Source: Oceanispirochaeta sp. (GTDB taxonomy: Bacteria; Spirochaetota; Spirochaetia; DSM-2461). From it: a stretch of 64,000 nucleotides of DNA. The position numbers and the translations under genes were made by a program. Below the pieces are notes generated by a model. It was not told where the DNA came from and did not search any database. It worked only from the letters and a program-made list of their open reading frames with translations. Location of the stretch: positions 1,440,001 through 1,504,000 of the forward strand of contig CAXXXD010000002.1 of NCBI GenBank assembly GCA_963663385.2, given 5' to 3'. Of the stretch, positions 9,671-18,755 are shown one piece after another (position 1 is the stretch's first letter; the number at the start of each line of letters is the position of its first letter).

Positions 9671-10816
9671 TCAGAGCTTCTCTTTAAGCTCCATGACCTT
9701 GTCGATAATCTTGTTGTTTCGGATGCCGAGTTTTAAAAACTGTGAAAGGATTTCAACCGCCTCTTCAATATCGCCTGTCTGCTCAAAACATTCAGCCGCT
9801 TCGATATAGAGTCTGTAGTTTCTGGGGTCGTTACTGATCAGATCCTTCAAGGATGTTATAGCATCCTGATAGTTGCCTTTCTCCTTATTGATCATGGCCA
9901 GTCCAAGTATGGCATAGGTATCGAATTCAATGTTGAGGGCCTGCTTGTAGTAATTTTCCGCCTGATCATCATTTCCCATATTTCTATAGGCATCTCCGGC
10001 GCGGGTCAGTATAACCTTGTTTTTCTTATCCAGATTCAGGATTCTGTTCCAGTATACCAGAGATTGGTCCTGCATATTCATACCGCGGTAACAATCGGCC
10101 AATCCAAAGAGGGCGTAGAAGTTATTGGGCTGCTGTTTCAGGGCATCCTTGAAAAAGGGCACTCCCTTGTCAAACGTTTTAAGTTTTCTATGACAATTCC
10201 CAAGAGATGTCAGTACCCGGATATCTACATGGCCCCGGTTGATATCAAGCATCATCTCCCAGTATTTAAGGGCTTCATTGTAATCCTTGAAATCGTAGTA
10301 CAGGTGTCCCAACCCTATGATGGCATAGGAGTTGTTTTTCTCCATGGAAAGAACTTTCTGATACAAACTGTAAGACTTATCAAAATTCCGGACCTTCCTG
10401 TAGGCATCAGCAATCCGGGTAAGGACGGTAATATTTCTGTCGTCGTGAAGCAGATACTCTTCCCAGATATCAATGGCTCTGTTGTACTGGTTAAGGGCTT
10501 TGTAGCAGTCGGCTAATCCAAAAAGGGCATAGTTGTTACCGGGGTGGGACCCGAGGCATTTCTGATAATAGGTGATTGATTCCCTGAAATTCCTCTCCTT
10601 CCGGTAACAGTCCCCTAAACCTACAAGGGCATAGTTATTTTGGTCATCCAATTCCAGAATACGGTGGAATGACTGTTTGGCCCGTTCAGTCAGGTTTTCC
10701 TTAAGGAGCTGATACCCCCTTTTGGATAGTTCAGAAATTTCATTTAAAGAATCTTGCGAAGGCTCTTCAGGCAAACTTTTCGTTAACTCATCGATATTTA
10801 AATTTTCTTTCAACAT
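9671..10816 (-). CDS. Tetratricopeptide repeat protein
   Basis: Repeated N.YAL.GLADCY and VLTR.ADAYR TPR units. Confidence 0.9.
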   Translation of the reverse strand: MLKENLNIDELTKSLPEEPSQDSLNEISELSKRGYQLLKENLTERAKQSFHRILELDDQNNYALVGLGDCYRKERNFRESITYYQKCLGSHPGNNYALFGLADCYKALNQYNRAIDIWEEYLLHDDRNITVLTRIADAYRKVRNFDKSYSLYQKVLSMEKNNSYAIIGLGHLYYDFKDYNEALKYWEMMLDINRGHVDIRVLTSLGNCHRKLKTFDKGVPFFKDALKQQPNNFYALFGLADCYRGMNMQDQSLVYWNRILNLDKKNKVILTRAGDAYRNMGNDDQAENYYKQALNIEFDTYAILGLAMINKEKGNYQDAITSLKDLISNDPRNYRLYIEAAECFEQTGDIEEAVEILSQFLKLGIRNNKIIDKVMELKEKL

Positions 10817-10843
10817 TTATAAAATCCTTTTCTAATAAGTTCA

Positions 10844-11176
10844 TTAATTATCAGAAAGCCAGCTTCTTATAACTTGAGCCATCCGGGCTATAAGAAATTC
10901 TGCTTTCTGGGGAGCAGGGGCCGCCTTGTACATCTGAAGTGCTTCAAGAGGACGGTTATGATTATAATAATAATCACCTACTCTAATCATACCGTCGGTA
11001 TAGCCGATGGTAACGAAGATTTTACCGGCAGTTTCAACATCCCCTTCATTAAAAAGCTGATTCCCCTTGCGAAGAAGTTTCACTTTTCTTTCCGGAGTCA
11101 GAGATCTGTTGCCGGATACCGGAACTTTGATGAACCCTTCTTCAGGCATCAGGTCCAGGATTTCTCTCCGATTCAT
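10844..11176 (-). CDS. Hypothetical protein (helical, TPR-like)
   Basis: 110-aa ORF with SD-like AAGGGA and a consensus promoter upstream. Confidence 0.75.
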   Translation of the reverse strand: MNRREILDLMPEEGFIKVPVSGNRSLTPERKVKLLRKGNQLFNEGDVETAGKIFVTIGYTDGMIRVGDYYYNHNRPLEALQMYKAAPAPQKAEFLIARMAQVIRSWLSDN

Positions 11177-11190
11177 AAATTTCCCTTATT

Positions 11191-11219
11191 ATTATAGGAT
11201 TAAAATTTTCACTTTTCAA
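11191..11219 (-). promoter_or_regulatory. Sigma70-type promoter
   Basis: TTGAAA-N17-TATAAT on minus strand. Confidence 0.7.
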
Positions 11220-11258
11220 TAAAAAATGAACAAAACATATTCTTCTAACAACGATTCC

Positions 11259-11837
11259 CTATATTACACCTTTTGTAGACATTTTTTCACTGTTTTCCCC
11301 TGCAGGAGTATATGCAGTAAAAAGAGCTCTTCCGAGAGATTTGAAAAGAGCTTCTGCCATATGGTGGCTATTGTTTCCGTAACGGCAGTGGGCATGAATA
11401 TTAAGCCCGCCCCTGTTAGCCAGAGCCTGAAGGAATTCCTGTATCAGGAAAAAATCAAAGTTTCCGGCGCTTTCCTGGGGCCAGTCTGCCTGCAGAACAA
11501 GGTAGGGCCGGCGGCAGACATCAATAACTGTTTCAGAAAGAGCATCATCCATGGGAATAACCGAGTGGCCGTAGCGTTTTACAGCCCCGGTTTTTTCAAA
11601 TGTTTTCATCAGAGCATCTCCAAGAACCAGTCCCGTATCTTCAATAAGATGATGGGGGTCTACCTCCAGGTCGCCCCGTGCCTCTATCTTGAGAGTAAAA
11701 CCCCCATGAAAAGCCATGGCGTTAAGCATGTGATCAAAGAAGGGCAGGCCGGTGTTGATGTCTGCTTCCGGACCTTTATGCATATCCAGTTCAAGGCGGA
11801 TTACTGTTTCTTTTGTTTCTCTGTTGACTACAATCAT
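11259..11837 (-). CDS. hisB: Imidazoleglycerol-phosphate dehydratase
   Basis: FFDHML, D.HH..ED.G, N.HH..EA.FK, STKG. Confidence 0.96.
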   Translation of the reverse strand: MIVVNRETKETVIRLELDMHKGPEADINTGLPFFDHMLNAMAFHGGFTLKIEARGDLEVDPHHLIEDTGLVLGDALMKTFEKTGAVKRYGHSVIPMDDALSETVIDVCRRPYLVLQADWPQESAGNFDFFLIQEFLQALANRGGLNIHAHCRYGNNSHHMAEALFKSLGRALFTAYTPAGENSEKMSTKGVI

Positions 11838-11841
11838 CCCG

Positions 11842-12459
11842 TCAGTCCTCTTTTATCTGTTCAATGAATTTGTTGATCTGTTCGTAATGCACTTTGTAGT
11901 AGGCCGGATTGGCAATAAGGTATACCTTTATCTCGTGGAGTTTCTGAATAACTTCCAGGTTATTGGCTTTCAGGGTGCTTCCCGTTTCCACCAGGTCCAC
12001 AATACAGGGCGCCAGACCGAGCACCGGTGCCAGTTCCACACTCCCGTTCAGTTTTATAATCTTTACAGGGATGCCCTGCTTGTGAAAATATTTTCTGGTC
12101 ATTTCCGTATAGCTGGTGGCAATGGTCAAAGGGCTGTCGGCTTCTTCAAAACTGAAACCCTTCTTTCCGGCCAGACTGAGATTTGTTCCTCCGAAAGAGA
12201 AGGGAAGCAGTTTGTGAAACTGCTGACCCGATTCAAAGATGACATCTTCCCCGCAGATTCCCAATCCGGCTATTCCATGATTCACATAGGTAGGAAGATC
12301 ATGGTTCTTTACCAGGTATATTTTCAGGTTTTCCTCTTTGTCATAGGCTACGAGTTTTCTCTTTTCCACTTCAAAGAATATACCCTTTGATTCAAAGTGT
12401 TTTTGTACTGTATCAAAAAGTCTGCCCTTGGGCAGGGCTATGGTTAATGGTTCTGCCAT
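11842..12459 (-). CDS. hisG: ATP phosphoribosyltransferase, short form
   Basis: IALPKGRL, GSVELAP..GLA..IVDLVETGSTL..N.L. Confidence 0.96.
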   Translation of the reverse strand: MAEPLTIALPKGRLFDTVQKHFESKGIFFEVEKRKLVAYDKEENLKIYLVKNHDLPTYVNHGIAGLGICGEDVIFESGQQFHKLLPFSFGGTNLSLAGKKGFSFEEADSPLTIATSYTEMTRKYFHKQGIPVKIIKLNGSVELAPVLGLAPCIVDLVETGSTLKANNLEVIQKLHEIKVYLIANPAYYKVHYEQINKFIEQIKED

Positions 12460-12462
12460 GGT

Positions 12463-13560
12463 TTATCTCTCCTGTTTTTCTCTTCGGGCCGACGCTTTTC
12501 TGTAGCGTTCCGCCGCACTCAGCTGATCCGTATCTGCTCCATGGAGGGCTTCCAGTCTACCCGTGTCCAAACGGCTGAGTTTTTCCATTTTTCTCAGGAA
12601 AAGAGAAAACCCGATGGAAGAGGCAGGTGTATTCCCTGTATAGCCGAAGTTTTCAAGCATGCCGTCATAACGGCCCCCTGAAGCGAGGGATGTGCCGCAT
12701 CCGTCCGTATAGGCACTGAATACGATGCCTGAGTAGTAGGGCAGGTTTCCGGTTTCGGAGAGATCAATACGGAATATATCCCCGAAAACACCCAGAGCTT
12801 CCCAGCCCCTGTGAATCTGATCAAGGTAATCCAGAGCTCCGTTCAGAGCTCCATCCAGCAGGGTCTGCCACAACGGAAGCTTCCGGGCAAACTCTTCTCC
12901 TGTACCGATAAAAAGGAGAAGTTCTGTCAGTTTCTCCGCATCTTCCTTTTTGTAGACTGTCTGCAGAATCTGTCTGATGGAATACAGTTCCCTGGTTTGA
13001 AGTCTTTTATTCAGACTGATGCTGTCTTCTTTGGAAAGGGGACTTGATATCGCTTGAAACAGAGGGGTTGAGCCTATATGAATCCGGCTTTGGGGCAGTT
13101 TAAAAGATTCAAGTATTTCGGCCAGCAGAAAGATCATCTCAAGATCTCCCTCTTTTCCGGGACAGCCGATAAGTTCGCATCCTGTCTGGAAATATTCATG
13201 CCTGTTTATATCTTCATGGTCCTGATACCGGAGAATCGAATCCGCATAATAGACTCTGACGGGCATCTCCTCTTCCGAAAGGGTCATACCCATCTGTCTG
13301 GCCAGAAACAGTGTAATATCCGAACGCAGCATCATAAGTTCGCCGTCCCGGTCTATCAGCTTATATGTCTGCTCTTCAAGACGTTTATCCAGAAGAGGTC
13401 TGTAGTTGTCGTAGTAGTCAAATACAGGTGTCTGCACAGGGAGATATCCCCAGCTTTCCGTGAGGTCTTCCATATGCCGGAGAATCTTTTTATGTCTGTA
13501 TGTATCTTCCAGATAGAGTGATTCTGTTCCGTGAGGCAGCCTCAGCAGATTCTTTTTCAT
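12463..13560 (-). CDS. hisZ: ATP phosphoribosyltransferase regulatory subunit
   Basis: HisRS-like LRSDIT, E..Q.G.ELIG, YYSG.VF, GGRYD; adjacent to short hisG. Confidence 0.92.
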   Translation of the reverse strand: MKKNLLRLPHGTESLYLEDTYRHKKILRHMEDLTESWGYLPVQTPVFDYYDNYRPLLDKRLEEQTYKLIDRDGELMMLRSDITLFLARQMGMTLSEEEMPVRVYYADSILRYQDHEDINRHEYFQTGCELIGCPGKEGDLEMIFLLAEILESFKLPQSRIHIGSTPLFQAISSPLSKEDSISLNKRLQTRELYSIRQILQTVYKKEDAEKLTELLLFIGTGEEFARKLPLWQTLLDGALNGALDYLDQIHRGWEALGVFGDIFRIDLSETGNLPYYSGIVFSAYTDGCGTSLASGGRYDGMLENFGYTGNTPASSIGFSLFLRKMEKLSRLDTGRLEALHGADTDQLSAAERYRKASARREKQER

Positions 13561-13587
13561 TTACATGCTCCCTAATAATATGCAGGC

Positions 13588-13616
13588 AGTATAGTATATT
13601 TATACAGCAGATTCAA
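13588..13616 (-). promoter_or_regulatory. Sigma70-type promoter for hisZGB
   Basis: TTGAAT-N17-TATACT on minus strand upstream of SD GGAG and hisZ start. Confidence 0.6.
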
Positions 13617-13656
13617 CGGAGGACGTCCTTCCAGGGCGCTTCGGCAAATTGTTTCC

Positions 13657-15318
13657 TTATCGCTTCCCGTTTACATACGAAACAATTCCCCTGATGATCC
13701 TGTCTGCATCATTCTGTCTGAGATCTTCATTGCGTATCGCCCAGGAGTTATTGGGGTAGGCCAGATTCCTGGTCTCAATCAGAACGGAGGCTCCGGCGGG
13801 ATTGCTGTTCAGAATCCGTAGCTCCTGGCTGTGCGAACAGGACCCCATTCCCAGGTAATCCGTCATAAAATCGGCCAGTTTATGTGACTCTTTTCCTTCT
13901 TCATCGGGGTGGTAGAGGATGATAGTCCCCTCTCCGGCGTAGGGTTGGTTGTCCGCATGTATGCTGATAAAAAGGGTTTTCTCCCGGGGCGCCGATTCCA
14001 GAAATTTCTGTACAAGTTCCACTCTCCGGTTCAGACCGTACTGACCGCCGACAGGCCAGCAGTCAGACCGGTTTTTCTTATTCATCAGTGAATCATTCCA
14101 GACTTCATTCTTTTCATTGACAAAGGTCAGGGAGGCGTCAGGGGACTGCCTTATTGTCTGATTGGGGCTTATTACTGTTAAAAATACCTCGGCCCCGTAG
14201 CGTTTCAGGTCCTTGTATACCCGTAAGGCTATATCATAACAGTATTCATCCTCAACCACATAAACCTTGTTTCCCCGGCCATCCTGACTTTCCACGATAG
14301 CGCCCGGATCGAGGCCGCCATGCCCGGGGTCCAGTACGATTCGATACCCGTTCAGATCGGTTCCCAGGGGCTGGAGGGAATCAATGGCCTGGTTGAAATC
14401 ATTCAGCAGCTGTGAGGCTTTCTCATAGTTTTTCCAGGGGCTTTCCAGGTCTTCCTCAGAATATCCCCGGCTGGGCTGATACCTGCTGTCGGTAGGACGT
14501 GAGTAATAGAGGGGAGGTTCGAAACTGAGAGCGGCAAGTTTGACAGGGGGGGGGATAACAGGTTTCTCTTTTATAATTCCTTCTGTTTTTACGGAAAATT
14601 CATCCGGTTCGGCGAGATCCTTCAGAACCGTTTCGTAAAGTTGTATTTCCTGACCTCTATAAAGAATCTCACTCTCCAGATTATTCCATTTTTTCAGTGT
14701 TTCCATGGTGATGTTGTACCGGGACGAGATATTCCACAGAGAGTCCCCCTCTTCAACAGTGATGATCTGGGGACGGGGATCTGTCAGTTCCAGAATCTGT
14801 CCAATCCTCAGTTCATTGTTTTTCAGATTGTTGATCTGTTTAAGGCGGCTTACGGATATGTCATACTTCAGGGATATCCAGGATAGGGTATCTCCCGCCT
14901 CGACAGTTATGGTTTCTCCCTCTTCGGGCGGCCGCACAAGTTCCAGTTCCATCCCGGCTATCAGGGCGGATGGGTCCAGTCTGTTGAGGCTGGCCAGTCG
15001 GGTGAGTTCAATCCCTGTCCTTACGGCAATACCGGACAGAGTGTCCCCCGGCCGGACAATATATTTATCCTTGTTGTCCAGGGGAATGGTCAACTCCTCT
15101 CCTGTCCGGATCAGATCCCTGTTCAGGTTATTCGCTTCTTTGAGTGACTGGATACTGATGTCGTACTGCAGGGAGAGGGAGTAGAGTGTCTCGTCGGTTT
15201 TAACAATATGAATTCTGTCGCCGGCAAAAAGCACGAAAGGGATTATCCCGGATAAAAAAAGGAATATCAGGGTATAAACCAGTACAATCTGACAGGCAAT
15301 CTTCTTCAATGAGTGCAT
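13657..15318 (-). CDS. LysM-repeat N-acetylmuramoyl-L-alanine amidase (Amidase_3)
   Basis: Four LysM repeats (V..GDTL..I), IVLDPGHGG.DPGA, FISIHAD, VLIE. Confidence 0.88.
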   Translation of the reverse strand: MHSLKKIACQIVLVYTLIFLFLSGIIPFVLFAGDRIHIVKTDETLYSLSLQYDISIQSLKEANNLNRDLIRTGEELTIPLDNKDKYIVRPGDTLSGIAVRTGIELTRLASLNRLDPSALIAGMELELVRPPEEGETITVEAGDTLSWISLKYDISVSRLKQINNLKNNELRIGQILELTDPRPQIITVEEGDSLWNISSRYNITMETLKKWNNLESEILYRGQEIQLYETVLKDLAEPDEFSVKTEGIIKEKPVIPPPVKLAALSFEPPLYYSRPTDSRYQPSRGYSEEDLESPWKNYEKASQLLNDFNQAIDSLQPLGTDLNGYRIVLDPGHGGLDPGAIVESQDGRGNKVYVVEDEYCYDIALRVYKDLKRYGAEVFLTVISPNQTIRQSPDASLTFVNEKNEVWNDSLMNKKNRSDCWPVGGQYGLNRRVELVQKFLESAPREKTLFISIHADNQPYAGEGTIILYHPDEEGKESHKLADFMTDYLGMGSCSHSQELRILNSNPAGASVLIETRNLAYPNNSWAIRNEDLRQNDADRIIRGIVSYVNGKR

Positions 15319-15375
15319 ATTTTTTTATCGCCCGAATTTGAATACCGGTTAAGGGAAAGTTACAGGATATTTCCT

Positions 15376-15906
15376 TTAATCCCGTGTGTAGAAGATCAGT
15401 TCCGAGCGGCCGTATTTTCTCAGGTCGTACCGGCGGAGGCTGCCGATATTCTCCGGGTAACTTTCTTCTCCGGGGTAATGCATGGTCAGGGTTCCTCCTG
15501 CCTTCAGGACTTCAGCCTTTTCGGCCATCTCCAGAATTTCCAGTTTTTCACCCATAGGGAAGGGCGGATCCAGATGAACAAAATCATAACTTTCGGTACA
15601 GTTTTTCAGAAATCTTTGAACAGGCTGTAAAAAAAGTCTGATTTCGGTCTCGACCCATGAGATATTTTCTTCAATGGTTTTTTTCTTTATAAAGTCCTTT
15701 TCAACAAGATGAACCGGTTCGGCTCCTCTTGAAGCGGCTTCGATTCCAACAGCTCCGGATCCGGAGAACAGATCAAGATAGGAGAGTCCTTCCATGGGGC
15801 CCAGTATGGAAAACATGGACACCCGCATGCGGTCCATGGCAGGTCGGATTACTCCCTTCGGGCATTTTATAATACGGCCGTTGTAAAGGCCTCCTGTTAC
15901 TCTCAT
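15376..15906 (-). CDS. rsmD: 16S rRNA m2G966 methyltransferase
   Basis: MRVTGG...GR, IRP..DR.R, LDLFSGSG..GIEA.SRGA, DPPF. Confidence 0.9.
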   Translation of the reverse strand: MRVTGGLYNGRIIKCPKGVIRPAMDRMRVSMFSILGPMEGLSYLDLFSGSGAVGIEAASRGAEPVHLVEKDFIKKKTIEENISWVETEIRLFLQPVQRFLKNCTESYDFVHLDPPFPMGEKLEILEMAEKAEVLKAGGTLTMHYPGEESYPENIGSLRRYDLRKYGRSELIFYTRD

Positions 15907-16020
15907 TGTATCTCCTTACTTTTATCCAGATCTTTTTCTTTAACGGGATTTTCGCTGCGCCCAATTCCCTGCCGCTTCAGATAAGTTTCGTGACCCGGAT
16001 GCTTCGCATCTCACCAGAAA

Positions 16021-18087
16021 TTATCCTGATATCAAGTTTTCGCTGAAGGGCGGGGCGGTCTGCCATAAAACCTTCAGTATGCTGTTGTCAGGACTGGTCA
16101 ATTCCGGATCGTCTATCAGAAGATTACGGACATCCTCTCTGGCTTCTAAAAGGACTTCCGAATCTTCGACAAGATCGGCAATCTTCAGTTTCATATAACC
16201 GGACTGCCTTATACCGGCTATTTCACCGGGGCCTCTGATTTTCAGATCCTCTTCGGCAATGACAAATCCATCTGTTGATTCCAGTATAATCTTGAGGCGC
16301 TGTTTTCCGTCATCGGTCAGTTTGTTCCCGTAGATAAGGAAGGCATAGGACTGTTCGTTTCCCCGGCCGACCCGTCCCCGCAGCTGATGGAGGGCGCTTA
16401 ATCCGAAGCGTTCCGCGTGTTCAACCACCATCATTGTAGCATTGGGAACATCCACCCCTACTTCCACTACGCTTGTTGCAACAAGGATATGCAGGTCTCC
16501 CCTTGTAAAGGCCCCCATTGTTCTGTCTTTTTCATCTTCCTCTATACGGGAGTGTATCAGGCCGAGTTTTTTATGGGGGAAGGCTTTTTTCAGATCTTCA
16601 TACATGGATACGGCATCTTTCAGATCAAGTTTTTCCGACTGTTCGATAAGTGGATAGACAAAGTAGGCCTGCCGGCCCTTTTCCAGCTCCCTGCTGACAA
16701 AATTATAAACCTTCTGTTCATTTCCCTCCCGGGTAAGGTGGGTTTCCACGGGCTTACGTCCGGCAGGCATGGTTTTTATTGTTGAGACATCAAGGTCTCC
16801 GAAAGCGGTCATAGCCAGGGTTCGGGGAATGGGGGTAGCTGTCATATACAGAAGATCAGGCCGCTCTCCCTTGGAGGCAAGAGCCTGTCTCTGAGCAACT
16901 CCGAAACGGTGCTGTTCATCAATCACAGCCAATCCCAGATCCTTGAACTCCACATCCTCTGTAAAAAGGGCATGGGTTCCTATAAGGAAGTCGATATTCC
17001 CCTCCTTCAATTCTCTTAAAAGGATTTTCCTGCCTTCGCTTTGTATACCTCCCGAGAGGAAGGCTATGCGGATGCCCATTTTTTCCAGAAAACGAATGGC
17101 ATTTTCGGCATGCTGCCTGGCCAGGAGTTCCGTGGGAGCCATCATGGCAGCCTGTTTACCGCATTCTATTATGTTTAAAACAGAGAGAAAGGCTACAAGG
17201 GTTTTTCCGGATCCTACATCTCCCTGTATAAGACGGTTCATGGGACGGGCCGAACTCAAATCCCCGAATATTTCATCCAGGACCCGATTCTGATCGGCTG
17301 TGAGTTTAAAGGGGAGGGATTCCTTTGCTTCCTGTTCAAGCCTGCGTCTGGATATAACGGTTCTGTCTTTCTGTTCTTTCCGGATTTTCAGAGCGTTCAT
17401 CCCGACGGCTATCTGCAGGTGAAACAGCTCTTCGTAGATCAGGCAGGACCGGGCTTTTTCGGCTTCTTCCGGATTCCGGGGCTGATGAATCCAGGTCAGA
17501 GCTGTTTTTCTGTCCGGAAATCCGTAGCGGTTTTTTAGAGACTCGGGGAGTTCTTCAGACAAGCCGGGGGTATACTCCTTGAGAGCCTGAGTTACTGCTT
17601 TACGCAGAACTTTCTGATTGAGAGTCCCTCCCAGGGGGTATACAGGCAGAAGGGAACCGAATTTTTCCGGCTGTTTCGAATAAGGTTCAAACTCGAAAGA
17701 AGCGCACTGCCACTCTCCGAAACGGTGCTGAAAGTGACCATAAAGGTAGATACGGGAATCCGGGAGAAGCTTATCCGCCAGGAAATTTCTGCCGTAGCAG
17801 AGCAGCGATCCCTGTGTTCCCCCGTCATCTTCAATCAGAATCTTCAGGGTCATTTTGCCCTTCCAGTGAAAACTCTCCCTGCCGATCACGACAGCTTCTG
17901 TATTAACCGGGGATACTCCGGCTGCCTCTCTGATGGTCCGGGGGGTCTGATGATCTTCGTAGCGGACCGGGTAATGAGCCAGAAGCTGACCGATTGTCAG
18001 AATCCCCAGTCCGGAGAGAGATTTGTGATGGCCCGGTCCTATACCCTTCAGTCTGTTGACCGGCTGCTGCAGCTCTCCCTGAAACAT
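16021..18087 (-). CDS. recG: ATP-dependent DNA helicase RecG
   Basis: MNRLIQGDVGSGKT, DEQHRFGV, TATPIPRTL, HQLRGRVGRG, DL.IRGPGE. Confidence 0.97.
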   Translation of the reverse strand: MFQGELQQPVNRLKGIGPGHHKSLSGLGILTIGQLLAHYPVRYEDHQTPRTIREAAGVSPVNTEAVVIGRESFHWKGKMTLKILIEDDGGTQGSLLCYGRNFLADKLLPDSRIYLYGHFQHRFGEWQCASFEFEPYSKQPEKFGSLLPVYPLGGTLNQKVLRKAVTQALKEYTPGLSEELPESLKNRYGFPDRKTALTWIHQPRNPEEAEKARSCLIYEELFHLQIAVGMNALKIRKEQKDRTVISRRRLEQEAKESLPFKLTADQNRVLDEIFGDLSSARPMNRLIQGDVGSGKTLVAFLSVLNIIECGKQAAMMAPTELLARQHAENAIRFLEKMGIRIAFLSGGIQSEGRKILLRELKEGNIDFLIGTHALFTEDVEFKDLGLAVIDEQHRFGVAQRQALASKGERPDLLYMTATPIPRTLAMTAFGDLDVSTIKTMPAGRKPVETHLTREGNEQKVYNFVSRELEKGRQAYFVYPLIEQSEKLDLKDAVSMYEDLKKAFPHKKLGLIHSRIEEDEKDRTMGAFTRGDLHILVATSVVEVGVDVPNATMMVVEHAERFGLSALHQLRGRVGRGNEQSYAFLIYGNKLTDDGKQRLKIILESTDGFVIAEEDLKIRGPGEIAGIRQSGYMKLKIADLVEDSEVLLEAREDVRNLLIDDPELTSPDNSILKVLWQTAPPFSENLISG

Positions 18088-18094
18088 TTCTGCT

Positions 18095-18682
18095 TTAGAG
18101 ACTCATTAAATAGGATAAAAGGAAAGTCACAGCGAATGCTATCGCTACCCTGGCGGCCAGAAGAACCAGAGCTGAAACAGCCAGTGCAACAGAGAACTTT
18201 GTGTTTTTTGTGGTAAACATACCCAGTATGCGGGAAACCACCTTGTAAAGCAGGTTGTCCAGCTGAAAAAGCAGCTGATGGGACCAGCCGGAAAAAAATA
18301 TAACGGTTATCAGCCTGAATATCATCAGGATGATCAGGGCATCTGCAAAAAAGGAGATAAAACTCCAGATACTCCGGATCAGGTAGGCGATTACCATCCA
18401 GACCGTAAGCTGTCCTGTTATGGCAAAGGATGTAAAAATCTGGGAAAGAAGACCCAGAATAGCTATGGCTATTACCGGAGAAAAATCCAGGAACCCGAAA
18501 TGAAGCCAGGAAATATTCCTGAACCTGTCCAGATAGGGATCGGTTACTTTAATCAGCAGATCTACGCCTTTGCCGTTCAGACGTCCCTGAAACCAGGATA
18601 GGAGCACTCTGAAAATAATCAGAAGCATGTATATGGATACAACGGCAGAAAGAAATTGAAATACAGTTTGAAGCGGGGTCAT
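18095..18682 (-). CDS. YggT family membrane protein
   Basis: R.LLSW...TDPYL..FR...LDFSP.IA motif. Confidence 0.85.
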   Translation of the reverse strand: MTPLQTVFQFLSAVVSIYMLLIIFRVLLSWFQGRLNGKGVDLLIKVTDPYLDRFRNISWLHFGFLDFSPVIAIAILGLLSQIFTSFAITGQLTVWMVIAYLIRSIWSFISFFADALIILMIFRLITVIFFSGWSHQLLFQLDNLLYKVVSRILGMFTTKNTKFSVALAVSALVLLAARVAIAFAVTFLLSYLMSL

Positions 18683-18755
18683 AGGCCCTCCTGTCAGTTT
18701 TATATTTATAAAGATAATCAGTAAAAAGTTCTTCAGGCAAGTAAAAGGAGTGTTT

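Noticed and set aside
15910..16020. Possible structured RNA between recG and rsmD (GATGC-TTC-GCATC hairpin)
   Set aside because: Only short hairpins; no match to a riboswitch or repeat I can support.
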